Shown here piece after piece: positions 16,990 through 26,400 of a stretch of DNA of 41,109 nucleotides; within the stretch, counting starts at the first letter, position 1; each line of letters starts with the position of its first letter. Under the pieces are notes generated by a model. The model made no database searches and was not told the DNA's origin. It saw nothing but the letters and a program-made list of their open reading frames with translations. The DNA lies in the IMG/VR virus record IMGVR_UViG_3300012933_000388, positions 64,001 to 105,109 of that record. One strand, written 5' to 3'. A program made the translations under genes and the position numbers. Origin of the DNA: a virus (Duplodnaviria > Heunggongvirae > Uroviricota > Caudoviricetes).

Positions 16990-19900
16990 ATGGCAAATAC
17001 TGTTTTCCAATCCCCTAAGATCAAAGTACGTTTAAAGAACGATGGTGCACTAGCGCCAACACAACCACTAACGCTAAAGAATGCTGTTGGATCGGGTCGT
17101 CGACTAGACGAAATGATCGACGTGACGTTCTCTGGCACAGCGAATGCGAACATCATAGTATATGATGCTCATGTTGCAGCGTGGATCAACCGCACACCTA
17201 CTTCGATTGTAGGTAACACCTTCCAGATTGCTGTATCGAACGCAACTAATGATTTTGATTGGAGCATTTCGCTTCCTAACAACGTTATCGTTGCTAATAA
17301 CCTGACAGTGGGTCAAGGATTCAGCGTTAATGGTGTAGTGACTACAGCAAACAACTTGGTTGTTACTGGTACAGCTAACATTGTTGGCGCAATCAATAGA
17401 AACCCAACGATTGTTGTCAATCTTAGTGGCGACGTAGTCGGTACAGGCAACACAACTCTCACAGACTTAGCAAACGGTGTAATTAATATTACTACCGTCA
17501 ACCAACAAAACAGTATTGAGCTTGGTGTAGATACCACCGGTGCTTATGTTGGTAATGTATTCGCCGGCGTTGGTGTGCACATCTCCAATACTGGTGGGGA
17601 AAACAGCAACCCTACATTCTCCATTGGTCAGCCAGTTGAAACTGATTCTGCTGTCACCTTTGGCAACACAACAATCAACGGATACGCTAACGTATCACAA
17701 TCACTGCAAGTGGCCGGTCGTGCTGACCTCGGTAACACTGGCGTTGATGGTACGTTGCGCGTTACACATACTGCTAACTTAGCAGGCAACGTAGAAATTC
17801 GCGGTACTGCCATCGTCAATGGTTCGTTGACTGTTGCTAACACAATATCTGTAGGTAACACGAATGTTACTGGATCGATCGTAGTGTCATCGACTGCTGA
17901 GGTGCACGATACCTTGACGGTTAATGGTGCAGTATACTTTGCTAACACGTTGTCTGTGTTGAGCAATACGACAATCGCTGGCACCCTCACTACAAAGAAC
18001 ATTGTACCAGATGCTAACAATGCATACTCATTGGGTACAGCGGAGATGCGCTTTACTGAGTTGTGGCTCAGTGGCAACACATTGATCGTCGGTAATGCTG
18101 TCATCAGCGATGCTGGCACATCTCTTAGCGCTGAGACGCTAACTGGCGACCCGATATCGTTCAATGTGGGAAATACGAATGTTCAAGGTACGTTGAATGT
18201 TCAGCAAACAATTCAATCTAACAACCTAGTAGCAAACACATTAGATGTTGCTCAGTTGACTGATCTGCGCGGAAACACAAACATCCATGGCCCATTGGTA
18301 GCTAATGGTACTGTGACGATTGCTAACAATGTAGGCGTCACTGGTGATACGTTGTTTACTGGCAATGTTAGTGTTGTGGGTCACTTGATCTCTACAACAC
18401 AGAATGTTGGAAATACAAACATCGACGGATACATTAATGTAACATCGACCGCTAATATTGGTGGTAATATTACAGCTCGTGCAGACGTAACTGTTAACGG
18501 TGCCGTATTAGTTGCAAACACTCTTGCAACTGGTAACACAACAGTTGCTGGATTCGTGAACGTATCGTCATCAGCTAATATTGGCGGCACGCTGAGCGTC
18601 GGCGGAAGCGTCAGTGTATCTAACACTATCAGTACTGGTAACTCTACTGTTGTTGGGTTTATCAATGTAACATCGACCGCAAATGTTGGTGGCGACATTA
18701 CGGCCCGTGGTCAGATCATTGCAAATGGCGCAGTAACAGTCGCCAACACAATTGCTACTGGCAACTCCACTGTAACAGGATTCATTAACGTATCATCTAC
18801 CGCCAACGTTGGCGGTGATATTAATGCTCGCGGCCAGTTGGCTGTCAATGGTGCTGTTACAATTGCAAACACCTTAGCCGTTGGTAATACGACAATCACT
18901 GGCATAGCAAACGTCCAAGGTAATGTTGTTGTTACCGACACGATTGCTGGTAACAACTTAACATTGTCTGGAAACCTGACCGTTTCTGGTACAACGACAT
19001 ACATCAACACAACGACTCTGAATGTTGGTGATAACATCATCACTCTGAACGCAGACGTGGTAGGCACACCAACAGAGAATGCTGGTATCGACGTCAACCG
19101 CGGTACTTCTGCGAATGTTCAGTTCTTGTGGGATGAGTCTAACGATAGATGGTCGACCAATGGTAGCAACCTTGCCGTAGGTGCAAACGTTGTTATCAAC
19201 ACAACCGACATTACGATCGGCAATTCAGCATCTAATACCTTCGCTAACTCGACAACAATCGTAGCAAACAATATCAACGTCACTACGATCAACCGCGACC
19301 CTAATATTGTGGTTACGTTGTCTGGTGATGTCGTTGGTACTGCAAACGCGACTCTAACCAATCTGTCCAACGGTAGCATCTCAATTGCTACGACAATTCA
19401 GCCTAACAGCGTTGAGTTGGGTTCCGATACGACTGGTCCATATGTTGCTAACGTCAATCCAGGTACTGGTGTTTACATTACCGATAATGGTGGCGAGAAC
19501 ACAACGCCAACAATTTCGATTGGCCAACCGGTTGATACTACCTCTGCTGTTACATTCGGTAACACAACGGTCAATGGTTTCAGTAACGTATCTGGTCAAG
19601 CCAAGTCTGGTTCTATTCAGACTGGTGTGGTTGCGTCCGGCAATGTTGACGTAACTGGTTATATCAATGTAACATCGACCGCTAATATTGGTGGCAATAT
19701 CACTGCCCGTGGTAATGTTACTGTTAACGGTTCTGTATTAGTTGCAAATACTCTTGATACTGGTAACACAACCGTAAGCGGTTTTGCTAACGTAGTCGGT
19801 AACCTGACAACTGTTACTTTTGCTTCTGGCAACTCGACAATTTCTGGTAGCCTAGCAACAGGTAATACGACCGTCACTGGTTTTATTAATGTATCGTCAT

Positions 19901-22900
19901 CTGCGATCGTAGGTGGAGCAGTTACATTAAGAGATACACTGTCCGTAAATGGATCAGTAATTGTATCTAATACTTTGAGCAGCGGCAATACGACTATATC
20001 CGGTTTTGCCAATGTGGTCAACAGTTTGAGCGTATCGGGTGTAACAACTCTAGCAAATACACTAGCTGTAGCTGGTAACACTACTATTAGTGCTGGTGAG
20101 TTGACCCTGTCCAACACAACTAGCAAGTGGATCGACTTCCAACAAGCTGGCATCGGTGCACCGACTACTACAACAAGAAGCGTTGGTACTAAGGCAATCT
20201 TGTGGAACAACGTGTCTGCGTCTGCAGTAGACTATGCGATCGGTATTGAAAACCAAGCAATGTGGTTCAGTACTGCTACATTGGCTGATAGCAATTTCAA
20301 GTTCTACGCTAATACAACATTGATCCTTCAGGCCAACAATACCGGTCTGAATCTATTCGATCGTACGTTGTCTGGTATTACTACTCTTGCTGCAGGCAAT
20401 ACAACGATCACTGGCTATGCAAACGTCACTTCGACTTTGCAAGTTGCTGGCGCTACAACAATTGCTAACACACTGAATGTTACTGGAGATATTACTGGCT
20501 CTGGTGCAAACGTTGTACTTGTTGCGGGTGCATACTCCACGACATTTGCAAATAACGGGTCAACTACTTTCCCTGGTGCTGTTTCTGGAATCACAACCCT
20601 AGCAGCTGGTAATACTACACTGACCGGATTTATTAACGTATCTTCGACAGCAAGCATTGCTGGTGCTGTGGATGTCCATGGTACATTGACAGTCAATGGT
20701 GCTACTACTATTGCTAACACGTTGGCAGTTGGTAACACAACAGTTACAGGCTTTGCTAATGTGGTCGGCTCGTTGCAGGCTACTACGTTCGCTTCTGGTA
20801 ACTCTACGGTTACAGGATTTGCTAACGTTGTTGGTAGCTTACAATCTACAACTCTTTCTACTGGTAACACAAGTGTTGCTGGTACGTTGTCGGCCGGTAA
20901 TACTACAATCACTGGTGCGTTGGGTACGACTACTCTAACGTCAGGCAACACAACCGTAAACGGAACACTAGCGGCTGGCAATACTACAGTAACTGGTTCA
21001 ATTGAATCTACTACATTGTCGACAGGCAACACTAGTATTGCCGGTACATTGTCTGCAGGTAATACTACAATCGCCGGCTCGCTCGGTTCTGGCAATACGA
21101 CCGTAACAGGGTTTGCGAATGTAACATCCACACTACAAGTGGGCGGCACATCTACCCTTGCAACTGTAAATTCAGGCAACACAACAGTTACAGGCTTTGC
21201 TAACGTAACTGGCAGCTTGCAATCTGCATCATTGAATACAGGCGATACAACGATCGTTGGTTATGCAAACGTAACAGGCTCGTTGCAATCTGCTACTGTA
21301 AGTACTGGCAACACCGTTGTTGGTGGTACCCTGTCATCAGGCAATTCCACAATCACTGGATTTGCGAATGTTGTTGGGTCACTGCAAACTACAACGCTTG
21401 CATCTGGTAATGCTGCTGTTAGTGGAACGCTCGAAAGCGGCAACACAACAGTAACTGGCTACATTAACGTTTCGTCTACTGCTAGTATTGCAGGTAATGT
21501 TGATGTTCATGGCACTCTCGTTGTAAATGGTGCTACTACAGTCGCCAATACGTTGTCCACAGGTAACACGACTGTTACTGGCTTTGCTAATGTAACGGGC
21601 GGACTACAATCGCTCACTATCAACACTGGCAACACAACTGTAACTGGCTTCGCTAATGTTTCTGGCGATTTCCAATCTGCTACAGTAAGCACTGGCAATA
21701 CTACAATTGCTGGGTTTGCTAACGTAACTGGTAATATCCAGTCCGCAACGTTGTCCACAGGCAACACCGATATAAACGGCACGCTTGCAGCTGGCAACAC
21801 AACAGTTGCAGGCTTTGCTAACGTATCGTCTACACTGCAAGTTGGTGGCGCTGCTACCATTAACAATACACTTGCTGCTGGCAATACTACGGTAACAGGT
21901 TTTGCAAATGTATCAGGAGATCTAGTTGTTGGCGGCAACACTAACATCGCTGGTCACTTGGTTGCTAATACAATCCGTACGTATTCTAGCGTACAGATCG
22001 ATGGTGATTTGACTGTTAGCGGCAACACTGTAACGATTGGTGTTACTAACCTAGCTGTTGAAGACAATATGATCTACCTCAATGAAGGTAGCACAACAGC
22101 AAATCCTGACTTAGGTATTTCTGGTAACTACAATGATGGCACATACCGTCATGCTGGTTTCTTCCGCGATGCTTCTGATGGAGTGTGGAAGGTATTCGAT
22201 CAGTATGAACCAGAGCCAGACGGCGCGTTCATTGATACGTCAAACAACACGTTCCGTATTGCCGATTTCCAAGCTAATACTGGTACGTTCCGTGTGTTGA
22301 ATGTTGGTAATACAACAATCACTGGTACTGCTAATATTAGTGGCGCTGTTGGGTTTGGTAACACGACCATCACTGGTTGGGCTAATGTCGCTTCTACATT
22401 GGCTGCTGGCAATACGACAGTTACTGGATATGCAAATATATCCTCAACATTGGCAGCCGGTAACACAACAGTAACTGGTTTTGCTAACATTTCATCGACT
22501 CTTGCTGCTGGTAATACGACAGTAACAGGTTTTGCTAACATTTCCTCAACATTGGCGGCAGGCAATACCACAATTACTGGTTTTGCAAATGTTACTGGTG
22601 TGTTGCAAACGGCGACGTTTGTTTCTGGTAACAGCACAATTACAGGGTTTGCAAATGTTGTAGGCACATTGCAATCTACAACGCTTTCTGTCGGCAACAC
22701 GTCAATAACAGGATCACTGGATACTGGCAACACGACGATCACAGGATTTGCTAATGTAGTTGGTACATTACAATCTAGTGTAATCGAAGCTGGTAATACT
22801 ACAGTAACTGGCTTCGCTAACGTAGTAGGTACATTGCAATCGACTACATTGTCGACGGGTAATACAGTAATTTCTGGCACAGTAAGTGGCGGAAATACGA

Positions 22901-23370
22901 CAATCACTGGGTTTGCTAATGTAGTTGGTACACTCCAATCCACTACATTGGCTGCAGGTAATACTGTACTAAGTGGTACATTGAGCGCTGGTAACACAAC
23001 TGTTACTGGTTTTGCTAATGTTGTCGGGCAGATCCAAGCAACAACGTTGTTGTCAGGAAACTCGACAATTCAAGGATTTGCAAATGTAGCAGGTACGCTA
23101 GCTTCAGGCAACACTACTATCACAGGCTTCGCTAATGTGGTTGGTATGGTTGTTGTGTCAGAGACGTTGACTGCGAATGCGATCACACTAACACACGCCC
23201 TCACTGTACCGAATGGTGGTACTGGTAGAACGTCGTTCACGCTGAATGGTGTGATGTATGGTAATTCTACGGATGGATTGTTAGCCACTGCCGCTGGTGC
23301 AAATGGCGATATTCTGCAAGTTATCAATGATGTGCCAGTATTTGCGTCAATTGACGGTGGTGAATTCTAA
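16990..23370 (+). CDS. Giant repetitive tail-fibre protein (2126 aa)
   Basis: Dozens of GNTT(I/V)TGFANV-type repeats; embedded fibre modules (NAGI.V.RG, HAGFFRDASDG); C-terminal GGTG...IDGGEF. Confidence 0.88.
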   Translation: MANTVFQSPKIKVRLKNDGALAPTQPLTLKNAVGSGRRLDEMIDVTFSGTANANIIVYDAHVAAWINRTPTSIVGNTFQIAVSNATNDFDWSISLPNNVIVANNLTVGQGFSVNGVVTTANNLVVTGTANIVGAINRNPTIVVNLSGDVVGTGNTTLTDLANGVINITTVNQQNSIELGVDTTGAYVGNVFAGVGVHISNTGGENSNPTFSIGQPVETDSAVTFGNTTINGYANVSQSLQVAGRADLGNTGVDGTLRVTHTANLAGNVEIRGTAIVNGSLTVANTISVGNTNVTGSIVVSSTAEVHDTLTVNGAVYFANTLSVLSNTTIAGTLTTKNIVPDANNAYSLGTAEMRFTELWLSGNTLIVGNAVISDAGTSLSAETLTGDPISFNVGNTNVQGTLNVQQTIQSNNLVANTLDVAQLTDLRGNTNIHGPLVANGTVTIANNVGVTGDTLFTGNVSVVGHLISTTQNVGNTNIDGYINVTSTANIGGNITARADVTVNGAVLVANTLATGNTTVAGFVNVSSSANIGGTLSVGGSVSVSNTISTGNSTVVGFINVTSTANVGGDITARGQIIANGAVTVANTIATGNSTVTGFINVSSTANVGGDINARGQLAVNGAVTIANTLAVGNTTITGIANVQGNVVVTDTIAGNNLTLSGNLTVSGTTTYINTTTLNVGDNIITLNADVVGTPTENAGIDVNRGTSANVQFLWDESNDRWSTNGSNLAVGANVVINTTDITIGNSASNTFANSTTIVANNINVTTINRDPNIVVTLSGDVVGTANATLTNLSNGSISIATTIQPNSVELGSDTTGPYVANVNPGTGVYITDNGGENTTPTISIGQPVDTTSAVTFGNTTVNGFSNVSGQAKSGSIQTGVVASGNVDVTGYINVTSTANIGGNITARGNVTVNGSVLVANTLDTGNTTVSGFANVVGNLTTVTFASGNSTISGSLATGNTTVTGFINVSSSAIVGGAVTLRDTLSVNGSVIVSNTLSSGNTTISGFANVVNSLSVSGVTTLANTLAVAGNTTISAGELTLSNTTSKWIDFQQAGIGAPTTTTRSVGTKAILWNNVSASAVDYAIGIENQAMWFSTATLADSNFKFYANTTLILQANNTGLNLFDRTLSGITTLAAGNTTITGYANVTSTLQVAGATTIANTLNVTGDITGSGANVVLVAGAYSTTFANNGSTTFPGAVSGITTLAAGNTTLTGFINVSSTASIAGAVDVHGTLTVNGATTIANTLAVGNTTVTGFANVVGSLQATTFASGNSTVTGFANVVGSLQSTTLSTGNTSVAGTLSAGNTTITGALGTTTLTSGNTTVNGTLAAGNTTVTGSIESTTLSTGNTSIAGTLSAGNTTIAGSLGSGNTTVTGFANVTSTLQVGGTSTLATVNSGNTTVTGFANVTGSLQSASLNTGDTTIVGYANVTGSLQSATVSTGNTVVGGTLSSGNSTITGFANVVGSLQTTTLASGNAAVSGTLESGNTTVTGYINVSSTASIAGNVDVHGTLVVNGATTVANTLSTGNTTVTGFANVTGGLQSLTINTGNTTVTGFANVSGDFQSATVSTGNTTIAGFANVTGNIQSATLSTGNTDINGTLAAGNTTVAGFANVSSTLQVGGAATINNTLAAGNTTVTGFANVSGDLVVGGNTNIAGHLVANTIRTYSSVQIDGDLTVSGNTVTIGVTNLAVEDNMIYLNEGSTTANPDLGISGNYNDGTYRHAGFFRDASDGVWKVFDQYEPEPDGAFIDTSNNTFRIADFQANTGTFRVLNVGNTTITGTANISGAVGFGNTTITGWANVASTLAAGNTTVTGYANISSTLAAGNTTVTGFANISSTLAAGNTTVTGFANISSTLAAGNTTITGFANVTGVLQTATFVSGNSTITGFANVVGTLQSTTLSVGNTSITGSLDTGNTTITGFANVVGTLQSSVIEAGNTTVTGFANVVGTLQSTTLSTGNTVISGTVSGGNTTITGFANVVGTLQSTTLAAGNTVLSGTLSAGNTTVTGFANVVGQIQATTLLSGNSTIQGFANVAGTLASGNTTITGFANVVGMVVVSETLTANAITLTHALTVPNGGTGRTSFTLNGVMYGNSTDGLLATAAGANGDILQVINDVPVFASIDGGEF
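22393..22596. repeat. 4 x 51-nt tandem repeat (STLAAGNTT(V/I)TG(F/Y)AN(I/V)(S/T))
   Basis: Units start at 22393, 22444, 22495 and 22546; near-identical protein but divergent third positions. Confidence 0.9.
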
Positions 23371-23387
23371 CGGGTAAATGTAGTGAG

Positions 23388-23394
23388 ATAAATA
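23388..23394 (+). promoter_or_regulatory. T4-type late promoter (gATAAATA)
   Basis: Intergenic, about 55 nt upstream of ATG 23450. Confidence 0.75.
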
Positions 23395-23410
23395 TCACGT
23401 AACATTAACA

Positions 23411-23432
23411 AGGGCCGCTACATAGCGGCTCT
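23411..23432 (+). other. 9-bp RNA stem-loop in the leader of the 23450 fibre gene
   Basis: aggGCCGCT-acat-AGCGGCtct (one G-U pair); no U-tract on the plus strand. Confidence 0.55.
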
Positions 23433-23449
23433 TAACTCTAGATAGAGAC

Positions 23450-26400
23450 ATGGCTAACAACAAAATACAAATAAAACGTAGCAGTGTAGCTGGGCGTGTA
23501 CCGACGGCAGAACAGCTTGCCGTCGGCGAATTTGCGGTTAACTTGACCGATAAAAGACTATTCACTAAAGACACGACAAATACAGTCATAGATGTTCTTG
23601 GCCAAAGTCTCAACACTACAGCAAACGTATCGTTCTCTCAAGCAAATATTGGCAACGTAGTAACTACTCATGTGAGTAGCGCCAGCAACTTGCTCTTGTC
23701 GACGAGCACGACAGAGCCTATAGTAATCAGCCCTAACGGCCACGATACTCAATTCCTCCCATCCGGTCAAATTCGCCCATATGGCGTGATCATGGGAAGC
23801 TCATACGATTCAAACCAAGTAGACGTAAGTTACCTCGGACCCTTGCAACTCAAGGGTATGGCGTATGGTGTAGATATAACAACTAGCCCAGATAACGGAT
23901 CTACCAGCCATGTATGGACATTTGGTACTGATGGTAATCTTGGCGCGCCAGGTAATGTAACCGCTAATGGTACGATTACTGCCAACACATTCGTTGGTAA
24001 TGTTGATTGGAGTTATGTAACCTCCAAACCAGACCTCAAGATCAGTATCACTGGCGATGCTACTGGCAATAACACATTCACTGATCTAGCTAATGGCTCG
24101 ATTGAAGTTACGCTAGCCAACACTACAGTTACTGCTGGCACATATGGTAACAGCTCTGTAATTCCTGTCATCACAGTCGATAGCAAGGGTCGTATTACAT
24201 CTGCGACGACAAACGCAGTTGCGGGTATTACTGGTTATTCATACACATCTGCAAACAACACTTTTGCAATCACTGCTGGTGATGGGTCCGTATACAAAAC
24301 AACAATCGATACCGTCAACACCTTTTCAGTATCGAACACGCTAAATGTAACTGGCGTAGGTACATTCTCCAACGATGTTGTAGTCTATGGTAACCTGACT
24401 GTCTCTGGTACTACGACTTACATTAACACAACTGAGCTTAATGTTGGCGACAACATCATTGTGTTGAATGCAGATGTTACGGGTACCCCAACAGAGAATG
24501 CTGGTATTGAAGTTCAACGTGGTACGTTGCTTAACGCCAACATCACCTGGGATGAGAATATCAATAAGTGGGTGATGGGGTATGGCGATACCATCTACCG
24601 CGACATAGTTGCTAACACAGACCTTGCCGCGGCTGTCCTTGATCTAACCACCACTGCTAATAACTTTGCTGCTAATGCATACGCAAACGCAGTATCTACT
24701 GCTGCAACAGATGCAACAGACAAAGCGGCTAATGCATATTCGAATGCTGTCAGCTACGCCGATGCTAAGGCTGCTAACGCATACTCAAATGCTGTTGCAT
24801 ATGCCGCGTCTAACAGCTATGTAAATTCTACATTTGCACCTAAAGCGGACCCTACATTTACTGGCAACGTTACAATAGCGACAATTGTTGCTAACGGTAC
24901 GATCGGCACAGCTGGTCAAGTAATTACCTCGAATGGATCTACTTTATATTGGTCCACTCCTGCAGGTGTAACTGGATTTACATACACACCTGCTAACTCT
25001 ACGTTTGTTGTAACTGCAGGTAACGGTACTACATATCCTGCTACTATCAATGGAGCTAATAGCAGCACCAAGGGTATAGTAACAGTAGTTGACCAGTTCT
25101 TCGGTGAAGAGTCTACTGTTGTAGCTTCAGCCAACGCTGTGGCTCACGTCTTTGCTGTAGCAAGCGCTGCCCACGTAAAGGCTGATGATGCTGCAGCTAA
25201 CGCACTCAGTGCGTATGCCAATGCGGTTGCGTATGCTAATACAATCGCGGCTACTGCATACTCAAATGCTACAAGCTATGCCGACACCAAAGCGGCTGCT
25301 GCATACTCGAACGCGATAGCATACTCCGGCAACGCGGCCTTAGCATATGCAAACGCCGTCACGTTTGCTACTACGGTGGCGAACAACGCATATGCTAACG
25401 CTATATCGTATTCGATTATAGACGCTACTAATAGAGCAGCTGTAGCATACTCTAATGCTACATCATATGCAGATACTGTAGCGACAACTGCATACAATAA
25501 TGCAGTAACCGTGGCTACTGGTGCAGCCTCTAACGCATATGCTAACGCGATTGCCTATTCTGGCAATGCTGCCGCGGCTTATGCTAACGCTGTTGCATAT
25601 ACAGACACTTATGCTGCAACAAATACGTATGTCAATACTGCGCTGGCACATAAGGCTAATCTTGCTGGTCCTACATTTACTGGTCTGGTTACAGTTAGTG
25701 GTACTGCATCCTTTGCGGGCAACATTTCCTTTAGCAACACTAAACTTGATGCCAATGGAAGTGTAGGCTCAGCTGGCCAAATCCTCACCTCAGGTGGTCC
25801 TGGTGGTAATGTATACTGGTCTACGGTTACTAGCAGTAATGGTGGCGTTGGTACATTATATACAATCTCGACATCTGCCAACCTTTCATCTGCTAATGTA
25901 ATTCTCACTGGTGCTGATTCTACAATTGGCAACGTTAAGTTTACTGGTAATGGTGGGATCGGTATTAGCTCAGATGGTACTATAATTACCATCGATGGCA
26001 GTAATATAGTCGGGGGCGGTGGTAATGCTTATGGCACAATTGCTGTGTCTGGCCAATCAAGTCTAATTGCTAACCAGACTAACACTACGTTGACATTTGT
26101 CGCTGGTAACAACGTCACCCTCACAACCAACACTGGTAGCGGTTCGATCACTATTTCTGCTACGGGTGGTTCTGGTGGATCGACTGGCAATGCGGCAGGT
26201 AATGCCTTCATTTCTGGTAGAGATAACTTTGTCGGTGATGGTACTGAGACCTCATTCACATTGAGTCAGGATGGATCAGCTAATAGCGTCCTCGTTTTGG
26301 TTGAAGGTCTGGTACAATTCCACAGCGAAGACTATACTGTCGTCGGCACTGCTCTTACATTCGCCACGGCACCTGCTAACAATGAAGCGATTGAGGTTCT

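Noticed and set aside
17104-23327. Many 60-265 aa minus-strand ORFs over the giant fibre genes (also over VrlC and the other fibres)
   Set aside because: They are shadow ORFs: the antisense of Thr/Gly/Asn/Val repeats rarely produces stops; products are low-complexity V/P/L strings with no RBS or motifs.
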